A stretch of DNA of 64,000 nucleotides from an uncultured virus (IMG/VR IMGVR_UViG_3300028763_000006). Lineage: Duplodnaviria; Heunggongvirae; Uroviricota; Caudoviricetes. The notes beneath the pieces are model-generated. The model searched no databases. It saw only the letters and a list, made by a program, of their open reading frames with translations, and was not told the origin of the DNA. The number at the start of each line of letters is the position of its first letter. Positions within the stretch are counted from its first letter, which is position 1. Position numbers and translations under genes: made by a program. Below are positions 40,490 through 50,136 of this stretch, in pieces. The stretch is from positions 1 to 64,000 of the IMG/VR virus record IMGVR_UViG_3300028763_000006. The stretch is one strand, 5' to 3'.

Positions 40490-40774
40490 ATGAAAAGAAA
40501 CGATTTTGATGTTGCTGCAGGATTAATATATAGAATTGATAAACTTGAAAAAACCATTTTCGAATTACAATCAATAACAAAGTGTGATAAATTTAAAATA
40601 ACAGGACAAAGTTCTGATAAATTATTCAACATAAGTGAAGTTGAACTAAATACAGGTGACATTTCAACTGAAGTATTCTCTCAAGATATTCTTGAATATT
40701 TCATAAATACACTAAATTTGGAATTAAATGAATTAAGAGAAAATTTTGATAAATTATTTTCAAAGGAAGACTAA
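40490..40774 (+). CDS. Hypothetical protein
   Basis: 94-aa ORF. Confidence 0.55.
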   Translation: MKRNDFDVAAGLIYRIDKLEKTIFELQSITKCDKFKITGQSSDKLFNISEVELNTGDISTEVFSQDILEYFINTLNLELNELRENFDKLFSKED

Positions 40775-40794
40775 TAAATTTAAAATATTTATAT

Positions 40795-40830
40795 AAAAAG
40801 AAAGTCAATCATAAGATTGACTTTCTTTTT
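40795..40830. terminator. Bidirectional terminator
   Basis: AAAAAGAAAGTCAATC-ATAA-GATTGACTTTCTTTTT. Confidence 0.75.
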
Positions 40831-41308
40831 CATTATCAAATATTTCTTGTAATTTAAGTTTACGTACAATTCTTTTAGATTCTGATAAAATTTCATCTTT
40901 TGATTTATAACAAATAATATTATTCAAATCAATATACAATCTATCACTACATATTGAAGTTCTATAATATCTATACGTATCCATAGGAATATAGTCATCA
41001 TAATATATAGGTCTGCGTATTAAATATTTAAGATCATTATCAAGTAAGTATTTAAAATTATGCTGTACCTTTTTTAATATTTCAGAATAAACATCATTCC
41101 AATTTTCACCAATTTTAGAATCCAAAAAATCAGACAAAGGTTTATTGTCATAATGATGACAATGATAATTGTCTCCATATTTTTTCATTGATTCATGATA
41201 AGGTAAATCTGAAAACAAATCAATATCATTATTTCTTTTTGTTTTAACATATTGATATTGTCGTCTTGAAAAATTAGATCTTCTATATAAAAATTTATTT
41301 TTAAGCAT
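40805..41308 (-). CDS. Hypothetical protein, RKxKL family
   Basis: PL..FL.SKIGENWNDVYSEI motif; VRKLKLQEI near the C-terminus. Confidence 0.6.
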   Translation of the reverse strand: MLKNKFLYRRSNFSRRQYQYVKTKRNNDIDLFSDLPYHESMKKYGDNYHCHHYDNKPLSDFLDSKIGENWNDVYSEILKKVQHNFKYLLDNDLKYLIRRPIYYDDYIPMDTYRYYRTSICSDRLYIDLNNIICYKSKDEILSESKRIVRKLKLQEIFDNEKESQSYD

Positions 41309-41328
41309 AATTAGAAGTCATTAATTTT

Positions 41329-41775
41329 TTATGACTCCTTAATAAGATCTCTATATTTTGCAGCGGTTTCGTAATCTTCTACATTAACACAATCCAGCAT
41401 TTTCTCATTAAGAATTCCTTGTTGTATTCCACGTATTTCAGGATCATCATATTTATAATTTTCTATCAAATCTTGAAATATATTAAAATATTTTTCTGTT
41501 TCACGAATAACATCTTCTTTTTTAAGATTAGCAACTTTAAACATATCTATCATATCAATATGTTCATTTACCTTTTTCATTTTATTATAAACACCATAAG
41601 CATCTAGCATAAGCTCATCAATATGTAAAACATTAGAATCCACTAAAACACTATCTATTGATATAGATTTATCAAGCAACATTTGATGATTAAATTTTTT
41701 GTGCTCAAATAAATAAAATGTTTGAACCCAAAAAATAAGGGTTCTGATGTCGTTAACATTAATCTTTGTTTTCAT
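41329..41775 (-). CDS. Protein with C-terminal UvrB/UvrC (UVR) motif
   Basis: Ends EDYETAAKYRDLIKES. Confidence 0.65.
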   Translation of the reverse strand: MKTKINVNDIRTLIFWVQTFYLFEHKKFNHQMLLDKSISIDSVLVDSNVLHIDELMLDAYGVYNKMKKVNEHIDMIDMFKVANLKKEDVIRETEKYFNIFQDLIENYKYDDPEIRGIQQGILNEKMLDCVNVEDYETAAKYRDLIKES

Positions 41776-41788
41776 AATTTCAATATAA

Positions 41789-42181
41789 TTATTTAAATTG
41801 TTTTATTTTTTCTTTTTCAATAATCTCATCAATAATAATCAAATCACTAAGAGATAAACTATTAAGAATATTATTAAAATCATCTAAATTTAGTGATTTT
41901 ATTTTTTCTATTAATTCTTCAATAAATGGAATTTTTTCTAATCGTTCAAGTTTATCCGCTCTTTCTTTTTTTATATCTGGACCTGGTTTCAATTTACCTG
42001 ATTTGTATAAATCTATCAAATCTTTACTTTCTTTCAATCCTAATTTAGAATATTCTTTCATCATTTTAACAGACATAATATATTCAGTTCCTGAAATGTA
42101 TGCTTCAAATTCAGATTTGTGATCAAATAAAATTTTTGCGCCTAATATTAAATGATCTGCATTAATAATTACTGAATTCAT
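41789..42181 (-). CDS. Protein with ribosomal L7/L12 C-terminal-like motif
   Basis: IMSVKMMKEYSKLGLKESKDLID versus the L7/L12 consensus IKxxRxxTGLGLKEAKDLVE. Confidence 0.55.
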   Translation of the reverse strand: MNSVIINADHLILGAKILFDHKSEFEAYISGTEYIMSVKMMKEYSKLGLKESKDLIDLYKSGKLKPGPDIKKERADKLERLEKIPFIEELIEKIKSLNLDDFNNILNSLSLSDLIIIDEIIEKEKIKQFK

Positions 42182-42222
42182 AATGAAATATTTTATTTAA
42201 AATTATACATCTATTTATGCAG

Positions 42223-42253
42223 CAAAGATAATACAATATTTTTAAATAACAAA
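42223..42253 (-). promoter_or_regulatory. Bacteroidota-type promoter
   Basis: Minus-strand TTTG (42250-53), 19-nt spacer, TATCTTTG (42223-30). Confidence 0.6.
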
Positions 42254-42255
42254 AA

Positions 42256-42567
42256 CTAATTGAATATTTTTTTCAATTTCTTTTTTCTTAGCATTTTTAT
42301 TCCACCAATAATCTCTACATTATCAAACTTAAATTCTTCACGTTCATTTTTTTTAGAAACATACAAAGTACTATACATTACTAACAAAAAGTATTGTTCT
42401 TTGAAAAGTGGATGGTCTTTTTTTATTTTATTTTTCAATTGAAATGTTTTCAATTGAAATAAATATGTAATAAAAGCATCACTTTTTGAAGATAACTCAA
42501 TAGGATTTTTATTTTTTATATGAAAATCAATATCCTTAATGAAATCATATAATTGATAATTTGACAT
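42256..42567 (-). CDS. Small protein, RKxKL family
   Basis: Ends LRKKKLKKIFN. Confidence 0.55.
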   Translation of the reverse strand: MSNYQLYDFIKDIDFHIKNKNPIELSSKSDAFITYLFQLKTFQLKNKIKKDHPLFKEQYFLLVMYSTLYVSKKNEREEFKFDNVEIIGGIKMLRKKKLKKIFN

Positions 42568-42572
42568 AATTT

Positions 42573-43775
42573 TTAATCTAAATAAATAGTAGGAACAGAT
42601 GATAAATAATACAGATTTAAATTTTGATTAATTAATATAGCATCTGATGGCTGATAGCCTAATTCTCCATCATTAAATACAACATCATTAAATAATCCAC
42701 AAATAAACAATCCATTGTTAATTGTTCCTCCTGACCAAAATCCATTCCACCAAGTTCCATTATTGAATGTTCCATTTTCCCATATTCCTTCTAACCAAGT
42801 TCCATTATTAAATGTACCATTTAAATGAGTACCTCCATACCAAGTACCATTATTCCATGTTCCTCCTGACCAAATAGTTCTATTATGATTATCTGACAAT
42901 GATGTTAAACCTGATTGAATATTCAATCCTGAATGAAATTCTCCTTGATAAAATATACCATCATGCCAAATAACAGAAGGGAAAGCCAATTCTGTTGTAC
43001 CAGACACAGGCCATGAACCAAATCTACTTCTAACATTAATATCTGTTTGATTAAATTCACCATTCCACCAATGACTAGCAGAAGAGCCCAATGATTGAAC
43101 AACTTCAGTATTACCAATAAAATCTCCTCCATTAAATTTTCCATTCCACCATTCATACCCTTGAAATGTTCCATTTAAAAATGTTCCATTAACCCACTCA
43201 CTATTATAAAATATACCATCTTTAAATATACTATCATTAACATAATAGCTCAACCAAACAGCATTTCTAAAAATACCATTATTAAATATACCAGTTTCCC
43301 ATCTAGTATGATAATAAATAATCTCACTATTTAACATTTGATCCCAAGTATCAACGTCTTTATCAGTACCTTGATCAATTCCTGGTCCGAAATATCCATT
43401 AAAAAATTCGCCTCTTCTCCAAATACCACGTCTAAATTGTGAATATATTGGATTATTTTTTTCTATAATTCTTATATTTCTTTGTAATAATTGATTAGTA
43501 TCAAAGCGATAAGAATAGAATTTTCCATTTTTCCATTCACCATCTTCCCATATTCCAGAATACCAAGTACCATCTTCCCATTCTCCTGCTTTCCAAGTAC
43601 CTGAATACCAAACCAATCCATAATCATCCTGTCCTATTATTGCATTCTCAATAATTGCATTTAATAACCAAATATATTTTCTTTTGATAATATCTGGTGT
43701 TAATCCATCAATCATAACACAATTTAATAATGCATCAGAATAATTGGTTATATTATAAATTTTTGTTGTTGCCAT
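42573..43775 (-). CDS. G-x-[WF]-x-x pentapeptide-repeat (beta-solenoid) protein
   Basis: GTWKA GEWED GTWYS GIWED GEWKN GKFYS and many further units. Confidence 0.7.
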   Translation of the reverse strand: MATTKIYNITNYSDALLNCVMIDGLTPDIIKRKYIWLLNAIIENAIIGQDDYGLVWYSGTWKAGEWEDGTWYSGIWEDGEWKNGKFYSYRFDTNQLLQRNIRIIEKNNPIYSQFRRGIWRRGEFFNGYFGPGIDQGTDKDVDTWDQMLNSEIIYYHTRWETGIFNNGIFRNAVWLSYYVNDSIFKDGIFYNSEWVNGTFLNGTFQGYEWWNGKFNGGDFIGNTEVVQSLGSSASHWWNGEFNQTDINVRSRFGSWPVSGTTELAFPSVIWHDGIFYQGEFHSGLNIQSGLTSLSDNHNRTIWSGGTWNNGTWYGGTHLNGTFNNGTWLEGIWENGTFNNGTWWNGFWSGGTINNGLFICGLFNDVVFNDGELGYQPSDAILINQNLNLYYLSSVPTIYLD

Positions 43776-43860
43776 ATTAACCTATATATAAAAAAACTTC
43801 ATTTAAAATAAAACATATAAAAAAATAATGACTAAAAAATAAAAATTAAATTGAATTAAT

Positions 43861-44217
43861 ATGGATATGAAAAAAACAATATTTCTTGATATTGATGGTA
43901 CATTATTTAAACACAAAGGTAATTTATCAAATATACTATTTGAAGAGTCTGAAATTTTACCAGGAGTTATTGAAAAAATAAATAAATGGAATTCAGATGG
44001 ACACAAAATAATATTAACTACTGGAAGAACAGAATCTATGAGAAAAAGAACAGATGAACAATTACAAAAAAATGGAATATTTTATGATCAATTAATAATG
44101 GGATTAACAAGAGGAGAAAGAATAATTATAAATGACAAGAAGCCAGACAATGACATGATTACTGCATCTGCTGTTGAAATAAATAGAAATGTAGGCTTAA
44201 TAAATATTAATATTTGA
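43861..44217 (+). CDS. HAD-superfamily phosphatase
   Basis: FLDIDGT, LTTGR, YDQLIMG, IND-K. Confidence 0.8.
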   Translation: MDMKKTIFLDIDGTLFKHKGNLSNILFEESEILPGVIEKINKWNSDGHKIILTTGRTESMRKRTDEQLQKNGIFYDQLIMGLTRGERIIINDKKPDNDMITASAVEINRNVGLININI

Positions 44218-44273
44218 TTTATATCAATGTAATTAAAATATTTTATATTACATTTACAAAAAATTAATGAATT

Positions 44274-44558
44274 ATGAAATTTTTTAGTATATTCAAAAAG
44301 AAAAAAGAAGAAGATAAAAAAGAAAAAAAGAAAAAATTCATACTTGATGACTCATCAAATATTGAAAAATTCAATTATTGGTTTTGTCATGAATATGAAG
44401 GTTATGACGGAAGAAAAGGTGCAATTGGAATATTCAAAAGACTAGATAAACTATCACCTAACATGATAGAAGATTGGTTTAAACATTTGAATGTTTATTA
44501 TGAATTCACAGATATATCCAGAATGATAGATTTAATTAGATTAAATTGGAGAAATTAA
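44274..44558 (+). CDS. Hypothetical protein
   Basis: 94-aa ORF with Lys-rich N-terminus. Confidence 0.5.
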   Translation: MKFFSIFKKKKEEDKKEKKKKFILDDSSNIEKFNYWFCHEYEGYDGRKGAIGIFKRLDKLSPNMIEDWFKHLNVYYEFTDISRMIDLIRLNWRN

Positions 44559-44594
44559 AATAAAACCAAAACTTAATTGTTTTGGTTTTATTTT
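44557..44594. terminator. Bidirectional terminator
   Basis: AAAATAAAACCAAAAC-TTAATT-GTTTTGGTTTTATTTT. Confidence 0.75.
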
Positions 44595-44595
44595 A

Positions 44596-46941
44596 TTAGG
44601 CTATTGCATCTACTATCGTGGTTGCATCAAATACTAATTTATTAACTCCTGTTGAACTAACAAATAAAATTTTTGTGTATGTAAGATAAACATAAGTTGA
44701 TATTGTAAAATTAGAATGTGAAAAATTATTATTAACCTGATTTGACTGAAAATTACTACCAATAACATTAAACATAAAGTTACATCCGATATTATTTCCA
44801 GTAAAATTATTTCCAACAGTATTTTGTGTATATTCATTTCCTATTATATTAACACTAAAATCACTTCCGATTACATTAGTAACAAAATTGTCTTCTATTG
44901 AGTTAGCTTGAAAATTCGAAATAATGTTATTATTACTGAAATTGGTTCCAATTCTATTACCTGCAAAATTGTCACCTGATATGATATTAATTTGAAATCT
45001 ATCACCAACAATATTAGACGTAAAATTATTATCTATAGTATTCTGATAAAATCCATTACCAATATCATTTGAATCAAATCCAGATTTAATATTATTCTGA
45101 TAAAATCCATTTTTAATTGAATTAGAATTAAAAAGATTTGTGATTATATTATATCGAAAATTATACCCAATAATATTAATTTTAAAATTGTCACCAATTT
45201 TATTATATTGAAAATTATCACAAACAATATTATTAATAAAATTAATACCAATAATATTATGATGATGCAGATTATTCATTATATTATATTGAAAATTAGA
45301 CTTAATAATATTGTTAAAAAATTGAATTTTAATATTATTATACATAAATGTTGCTCCAATTGAATTAGTATAAAAAGAATATTTTATCACATTAAGTACA
45401 AAATTCTTTGAAATTATATTTTTTGAAAAATTTTGTCCAATTGAATTTTGACTAAATCCATAACCAATTGAATTACCTTCATTAATATTTCCGTTATAAT
45501 AACCAAAATAATTACCAATTGAATTATTATTAAAATTGGATCCAATTGAGTTGTGCATAAACCCACTTCCAATTGAGTTATTATAAAAACTTTCACCAAT
45601 TGAGTTATTAGTAAAATTAAATCCTATCGTGTTACCATAAAATATATTTCCAAAAATAACACTAGTACAATTATTAAGAATATTATTATATCCATTATAA
45701 GATCCTATATGATTATTATAAATATTACTAGTATATGACACAAACATAGCATAGTCTGAATATAATGTTGTACAAGGTATATTTGAGTTTATGTTATTAT
45801 AATTAATTGCAGTTGTACTCACATAACTTAAATTATTCCATTCAAATAATTTCCAAACATTGTCATTATCAGAAGATGGATTAATTCCAGTCACTCCACT
45901 ATTTAAACAAACATAAATAGTTACTCCACTATATAAAACTACATCATTATTGTTATATGTAGTTGAAGGATCCCAAATATTAGTAACATTTATTTGCCAT
46001 CTACGAAACTTAACATTTCTAAAATCAAAAGGAATATTATTATTCTGAAGAGTATCAATTCTTCTATAAATATAACCCTTTGTACAACCAGGTACAATTG
46101 CTTGATCACTTACTGAATTATAATAAATTATATCTTTAGGATATAAAACTGAATAAGCTTCAGGTTTTAATGTGTTTGAGCTACTTGCAGTTACTAATAA
46201 AGGTTCTGTTATTCCACTATTGATATCAGAAGTACCTACAATAGTATGAACTGTCTGATAATCTGTAATCGAATAAGTTCTATTAATATTTAATCCATTA
46301 GAAAGGATCAAAGCTCTCAAATCTGCATATAATATATTAGTGACACCTGATGTAGTATTTATTCCATTTATTCCATTTATTCCATTTATTCCTGATGTTC
46401 CATTTGTACCACTCGCACCTGATGATCCATTAGTTCCATTTGATCCATTAGTTCCATTTATACCTGATGTACCAGTTTGACCATTTATACCTGATGTACC
46501 AGTTTGACCATTTATACCTGATGTACCTGATGACCCAGCTGGTCCAATTGGAATATTAGTATATGACAGCACTCCATCAACATCTGAAACTAATATTTTA
46601 CCTACTCCATATCCAGGAGATAAACAAGTAATACCAGATTCAATATTTATATTTTTAGTGTGTAGAGTATCAGTATCTGAGTCAAAATATAAAGTATCAG
46701 TTGTTGTACCAGAATCTTCAAAAAAATACATTTGTTTTATTGTATTTTCTCCTACTCTCATCCACACATTTTCATCCGTTTCATTAAGAAAAAACTCTCC
46801 GATATAAATATCAGTTGTTCTCCATGATGGTAGCAATGTATGATCATCATGTGATCCTCCCAACGCTGGAATTGTTGCAACATCACCAGAAACAGTATTT
46901 CGTTTTACAATAACTCTACTATATTTTTCAACTTTAGACAT
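44596..46941 (-). CDS. Putative tail fibre/spike: collagen-like G-x-x repeat plus C-terminal 11-aa beta-helix repeats (start reassigned to MSKVEK)
   Basis: GSSGTSGINGQTGTSGING... triplets; many N-x-I-G-x-x-F-x-x-N units; IGEFFLNETD..VW N-terminal fibre motif. Confidence 0.7.
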   Translation of the reverse strand: MSKVEKYSRVIVKRNTVSGDVATIPALGGSHDDHTLLPSWRTTDIYIGEFFLNETDENVWMRVGENTIKQMYFFEDSGTTTDTLYFDSDTDTLHTKNINIESGITCLSPGYGVGKILVSDVDGVLSYTNIPIGPAGSSGTSGINGQTGTSGINGQTGTSGINGTNGSNGTNGSSGASGTNGTSGINGINGINGINTTSGVTNILYADLRALILSNGLNINRTYSITDYQTVHTIVGTSDINSGITEPLLVTASSSNTLKPEAYSVLYPKDIIYYNSVSDQAIVPGCTKGYIYRRIDTLQNNNIPFDFRNVKFRRWQINVTNIWDPSTTYNNNDVVLYSGVTIYVCLNSGVTGINPSSDNDNVWKLFEWNNLSYVSTTAINYNNINSNIPCTTLYSDYAMFVSYTSNIYNNHIGSYNGYNNILNNCTSVIFGNIFYGNTIGFNFTNNSIGESFYNNSIGSGFMHNSIGSNFNNNSIGNYFGYYNGNINEGNSIGYGFSQNSIGQNFSKNIISKNFVLNVIKYSFYTNSIGATFMYNNIKIQFFNNIIKSNFQYNIMNNLHHHNIIGINFINNIVCDNFQYNKIGDNFKINIIGYNFRYNIITNLFNSNSIKNGFYQNNIKSGFDSNDIGNGFYQNTIDNNFTSNIVGDRFQINIISGDNFAGNRIGTNFSNNNIISNFQANSIEDNFVTNVIGSDFSVNIIGNEYTQNTVGNNFTGNNIGCNFMFNVIGSNFQSNQVNNNFSHSNFTISTYVYLTYTKILFVSSTGVNKLVFDATTIVDAIA
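46454..46528. repeat. 27-bp tandem repeat in the collagen-like segment
   Basis: CCATTTATACCTGATGTACCAGTTTGA x2 plus a partial third copy. Confidence 0.85.
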
Positions 46942-46997
46942 TAATAATTTATTATTTTTATTATATATTATTTTATTAAACAAAAAATATACACTTT

Positions 46998-49151
46998 TTA
47001 TATATTAGAATTTTTACCACCGTCAATTAATGTATATAATAACGGAGGATTATTTGGTCCAGGTAAACTAACATCTAATCCAGAATCCATAATATCTCCT
47101 AATTCATTTCCTTTCATACCATTCAAAGAATCTTCATCACCTCCATTCAAAACATTCCAATAAATTTCAATGGTAGAACCAGACAATACTGTTAAAGGAA
47201 CTGGTAATCTTGATTTTCTATCAGAACCAATATATACCAATTCAATTGTAGAAAAATATAAAAGAGGATCAGCATTTTTATCAATATTAGATCCTAAATT
47301 GAATAACTTTAATATGAATTCATTATTTTCATTTTCATATAATAGTCCAGTAGCGTACAATCTAAAATACTTATCTAATACTAAAATATCAGCATATGAT
47401 TTACAGATATATTTTCTTTCATTATCATTTTTTTGAATATACCAATCATATGGAACATTCATATAAACTTGATATAATATATCTGATATGTTTAATAAAC
47501 CATCTATATTTTGAATTGATATTATATCAGTAGCAGGATAAAAAGGAAATGATGAAGGTTTTTCAATTATCATTTCTGTATCATGAACACTATAAATTAA
47601 AGACTTACCATTAATTATTACTCCTGATATATTAATATATGTATATTCTTTAAATTTATTTAATAATCCTCCTTGTGCATAAATAATTCTTATTCTATTA
47701 TTATCAGTATATTGATATGTGAATCCAGTAAGTAAAAAATTATTATAAAGAGAATAATCTTCTTTGAATCCATTAGGTTCTAGTCTATTCAAATTATCGA
47801 ATAACTTATAACTAACATATTGATTATATGTAATAAAAGAATGATCAATCCAATTATTATTATCATTTAACGATATTTTCAATCCATCATAATCAAAATA
47901 TTTATCATATTCACAAATTTTTGCAGTAAATCTTATATCTAAATAATTTGTATTATAAGTTCTAACTTTTATATCATAATAATCAGAATATGGTGAGTTA
48001 AAAGACAATTTATCAAGAGCATCTTCCCAACTTATTCCAACATTTAGATTTTCCACCGAAAATGAATTGGGTTTTAAATCATTCATTATTCTATTTGGAA
48101 TAGTTTCTTCTAAAATTAAATAACCTGATTTAATATCCTTTATAAAGGTATTTAATTTTAGAATACTTATTGAATTTAAATCTAATGTATCACCACTATA
48201 AATATTTAACTCAATATAATCTCCTATCACACAATCAAAATATTGTGAATAAGGAATAGCAGTAAATCCTTTTAATATATTATTACTAATTTTATTGGTA
48301 ATACCAGTAAATTCTGAACTAATAGTTAATCCTGATCTAATAATATATGAATTGTGATGATAATCTATTTTAGCAATTTCTGAAGATAAATACAAACTAT
48401 TAATATCAAAATCTATTTCGTTATATTTTTCTGCATTAGTATTTAATTGTTTTCTTGCAACATCATAATCTGTAAAAAAAATTTTAGATGTACTTCCAGA
48501 ATCCGAATATAATCTTTCTAAATCATATTTAACTAAATTTTTAAGTATAAAAGATTTACCTTCAATAAAATATTTAACTTCTCCTGTAATTGGAAAAGTA
48601 GAACCTGCATTAGATAAAAAGAATTGTTTATCAGAATTATTACCTAATTTAACACTACAACTAAATTTATCAGATTTTTCTCTATTATTTAAAACATTAG
48701 AATTTATTAAAAAATTTTTATTTGTTACAGTATAAATATCATTTTCTGACTCACTACCTATATTTTGATTTTTTAACAAAATTAAATGTCCTGGCTTGAT
48801 ATTAACTCCATTAATTTGAGTCCATTGTTTAGATATGTCAATGTGGGTATCTGCTGCTACATCTACAAATATTATATTTTTAAGTACTCTATCAATAACA
48901 TCATATTCATTATACATATTAACAATAGAATAACCATCTCCTGTTAATAGATTTTCTTTATTATAAATATCATCTAAACTATTAATATATGTATATGTGA
49001 CTCCTGTTAAATATTTATTAAATCTAAAATAAATATCTCCAACTGCAATAAATTTATCTTCATCATATTTAACAGAACGAGTTTTCTGAACAAATGTTCC
49101 ATCATTTTGTTTAATCCAATCAAATTTTCTAGATTTTCTATTTTTTTGCAT
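46998..49151 (-). CDS. Putative virion structural/tail-associated protein
   Basis: VDVAA...INGVNIKPGHLILLKNQ...ENDIY resembles a common tail-fibre motif; IDGG C-terminus. Confidence 0.55.
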   Translation of the reverse strand: MQKNRKSRKFDWIKQNDGTFVQKTRSVKYDEDKFIAVGDIYFRFNKYLTGVTYTYINSLDDIYNKENLLTGDGYSIVNMYNEYDVIDRVLKNIIFVDVAADTHIDISKQWTQINGVNIKPGHLILLKNQNIGSESENDIYTVTNKNFLINSNVLNNREKSDKFSCSVKLGNNSDKQFFLSNAGSTFPITGEVKYFIEGKSFILKNLVKYDLERLYSDSGSTSKIFFTDYDVARKQLNTNAEKYNEIDFDINSLYLSSEIAKIDYHHNSYIIRSGLTISSEFTGITNKISNNILKGFTAIPYSQYFDCVIGDYIELNIYSGDTLDLNSISILKLNTFIKDIKSGYLILEETIPNRIMNDLKPNSFSVENLNVGISWEDALDKLSFNSPYSDYYDIKVRTYNTNYLDIRFTAKICEYDKYFDYDGLKISLNDNNNWIDHSFITYNQYVSYKLFDNLNRLEPNGFKEDYSLYNNFLLTGFTYQYTDNNRIRIIYAQGGLLNKFKEYTYINISGVIINGKSLIYSVHDTEMIIEKPSSFPFYPATDIISIQNIDGLLNISDILYQVYMNVPYDWYIQKNDNERKYICKSYADILVLDKYFRLYATGLLYENENNEFILKLFNLGSNIDKNADPLLYFSTIELVYIGSDRKSRLPVPLTVLSGSTIEIYWNVLNGGDEDSLNGMKGNELGDIMDSGLDVSLPGPNNPPLLYTLIDGGKNSNI

Positions 49152-49172
49152 CTATAAACTTTATTTCTTTAG

Positions 49173-49451
49173 TTGTATATATTAAAAATAAATAAGGTAA
49201 TTATGAAAGTCATAAAAAAAGGTAGCATTGTAACTCAGGATAAAAATTTTTTTTATTATTGGACATGTCCAAAATTTAAATTAGAAGTAATTAAAATTGA
49301 TGGACGAATAGCTTATTTTAAATATGACATTATAATGAAAAATTCAAATAATATAATGCAATCAACTAAAAGCATAAACATTGATTATATAAAAATAGAC
49401 ATATCAGAAACAAGAAAACAAAAATTATTAAAAATAAATGAGCGAATTTGA
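49173..49451 (+). CDS. Small protein, RKxKL family (start probably MKVIKK)
   Basis: Ends TRKQKLLKINERI. Confidence 0.55.
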   Translation: MYILKINKVIMKVIKKGSIVTQDKNFFYYWTCPKFKLEVIKIDGRIAYFKYDIIMKNSNNIMQSTKSINIDYIKIDISETRKQKLLKINERI

Positions 49452-49770
49452 TGAAATAAATTCCTTAAAAGAAGGAACAGAAAAAATAGATAAACTAATA
49501 AATTTCTATAAAGTAACGGTAAAAATTAATGAATGGTTAAATGGGACAAATAAAAATTCTATTATACACTTCAAAGATAGAATTGAATATAAAAGAAATA
49601 ATCAATATCATAGACTAAATGGACCTGCTATTGATTATGAGAATGAAGACAAAAATAAATATTACTATAAGGGAATATTATACAATTCAAAAGATGAATG
49701 GTCGAAGATTACACAAAAAGAAGTAAGAAAAACAAAACTAAAAAGAATAAAAAAAGAAAGTTCAGAATAA
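49438..49770 (+). CDS. HRxxGPA-motif protein, RKxKL family
   Basis: YHRLNGPAI...YYYKG; ends VRKTKLKRIKKESSE. Confidence 0.65.
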   Translation: MSEFDEINSLKEGTEKIDKLINFYKVTVKINEWLNGTNKNSIIHFKDRIEYKRNNQYHRLNGPAIDYENEDKNKYYYKGILYNSKDEWSKITQKEVRKTKLKRIKKESSE

Positions 49771-49785
49771 TCTGAACTTTCTTTT
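49752..49785. terminator. Bidirectional terminator
   Basis: AAAAGAAAGTTCAGA-ATAA-TCTGAACTTTCTTTT. Confidence 0.75.
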
Positions 49786-50056
49786 ATTTTTTATAAATTA
49801 TACAAAATGGAGTATTATCACATATCTCTAAATAACTTTGATATTTTTTTCTCACCAATTCTGGATCAGGATTAGGATTAGAATCTGACAATGGAATTAT
49901 CTTCTTTAATAATTTATAATTTATATCATTAGGCTCTCCTTTATATAAAACTTTATCTATTTTATCTGATAATATAAAATCAACAATATCTTCATTTAAT
50001 TTTACTCTTTTATCATATGTTTTAAAATAAATATTTTCTTTAATATTAATTTCCAC
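49784..50056 (-). CDS. Hypothetical protein
   Basis: 90-aa ORF with GTG start. Confidence 0.5.
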   Translation of the reverse strand: MEINIKENIYFKTYDKRVKLNEDIVDFILSDKIDKVLYKGEPNDINYKLLKKIIPLSDSNPNPDPELVRKKYQSYLEICDNTPFCIIYKK

Positions 50057-50136
50057 AATAATTTCATTTTTTCTTAATATATAACTATTTAAGAAAAAAG
50101 TTTATATTTCAAATGTTCATATCTAAATCAAATATA

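Noticed and set aside
44596..46941. Diversity-generating retroelement target in the Asn-rich fibre
   Set aside because: No reverse transcriptase and no template/variable repeat pair are visible in this window.
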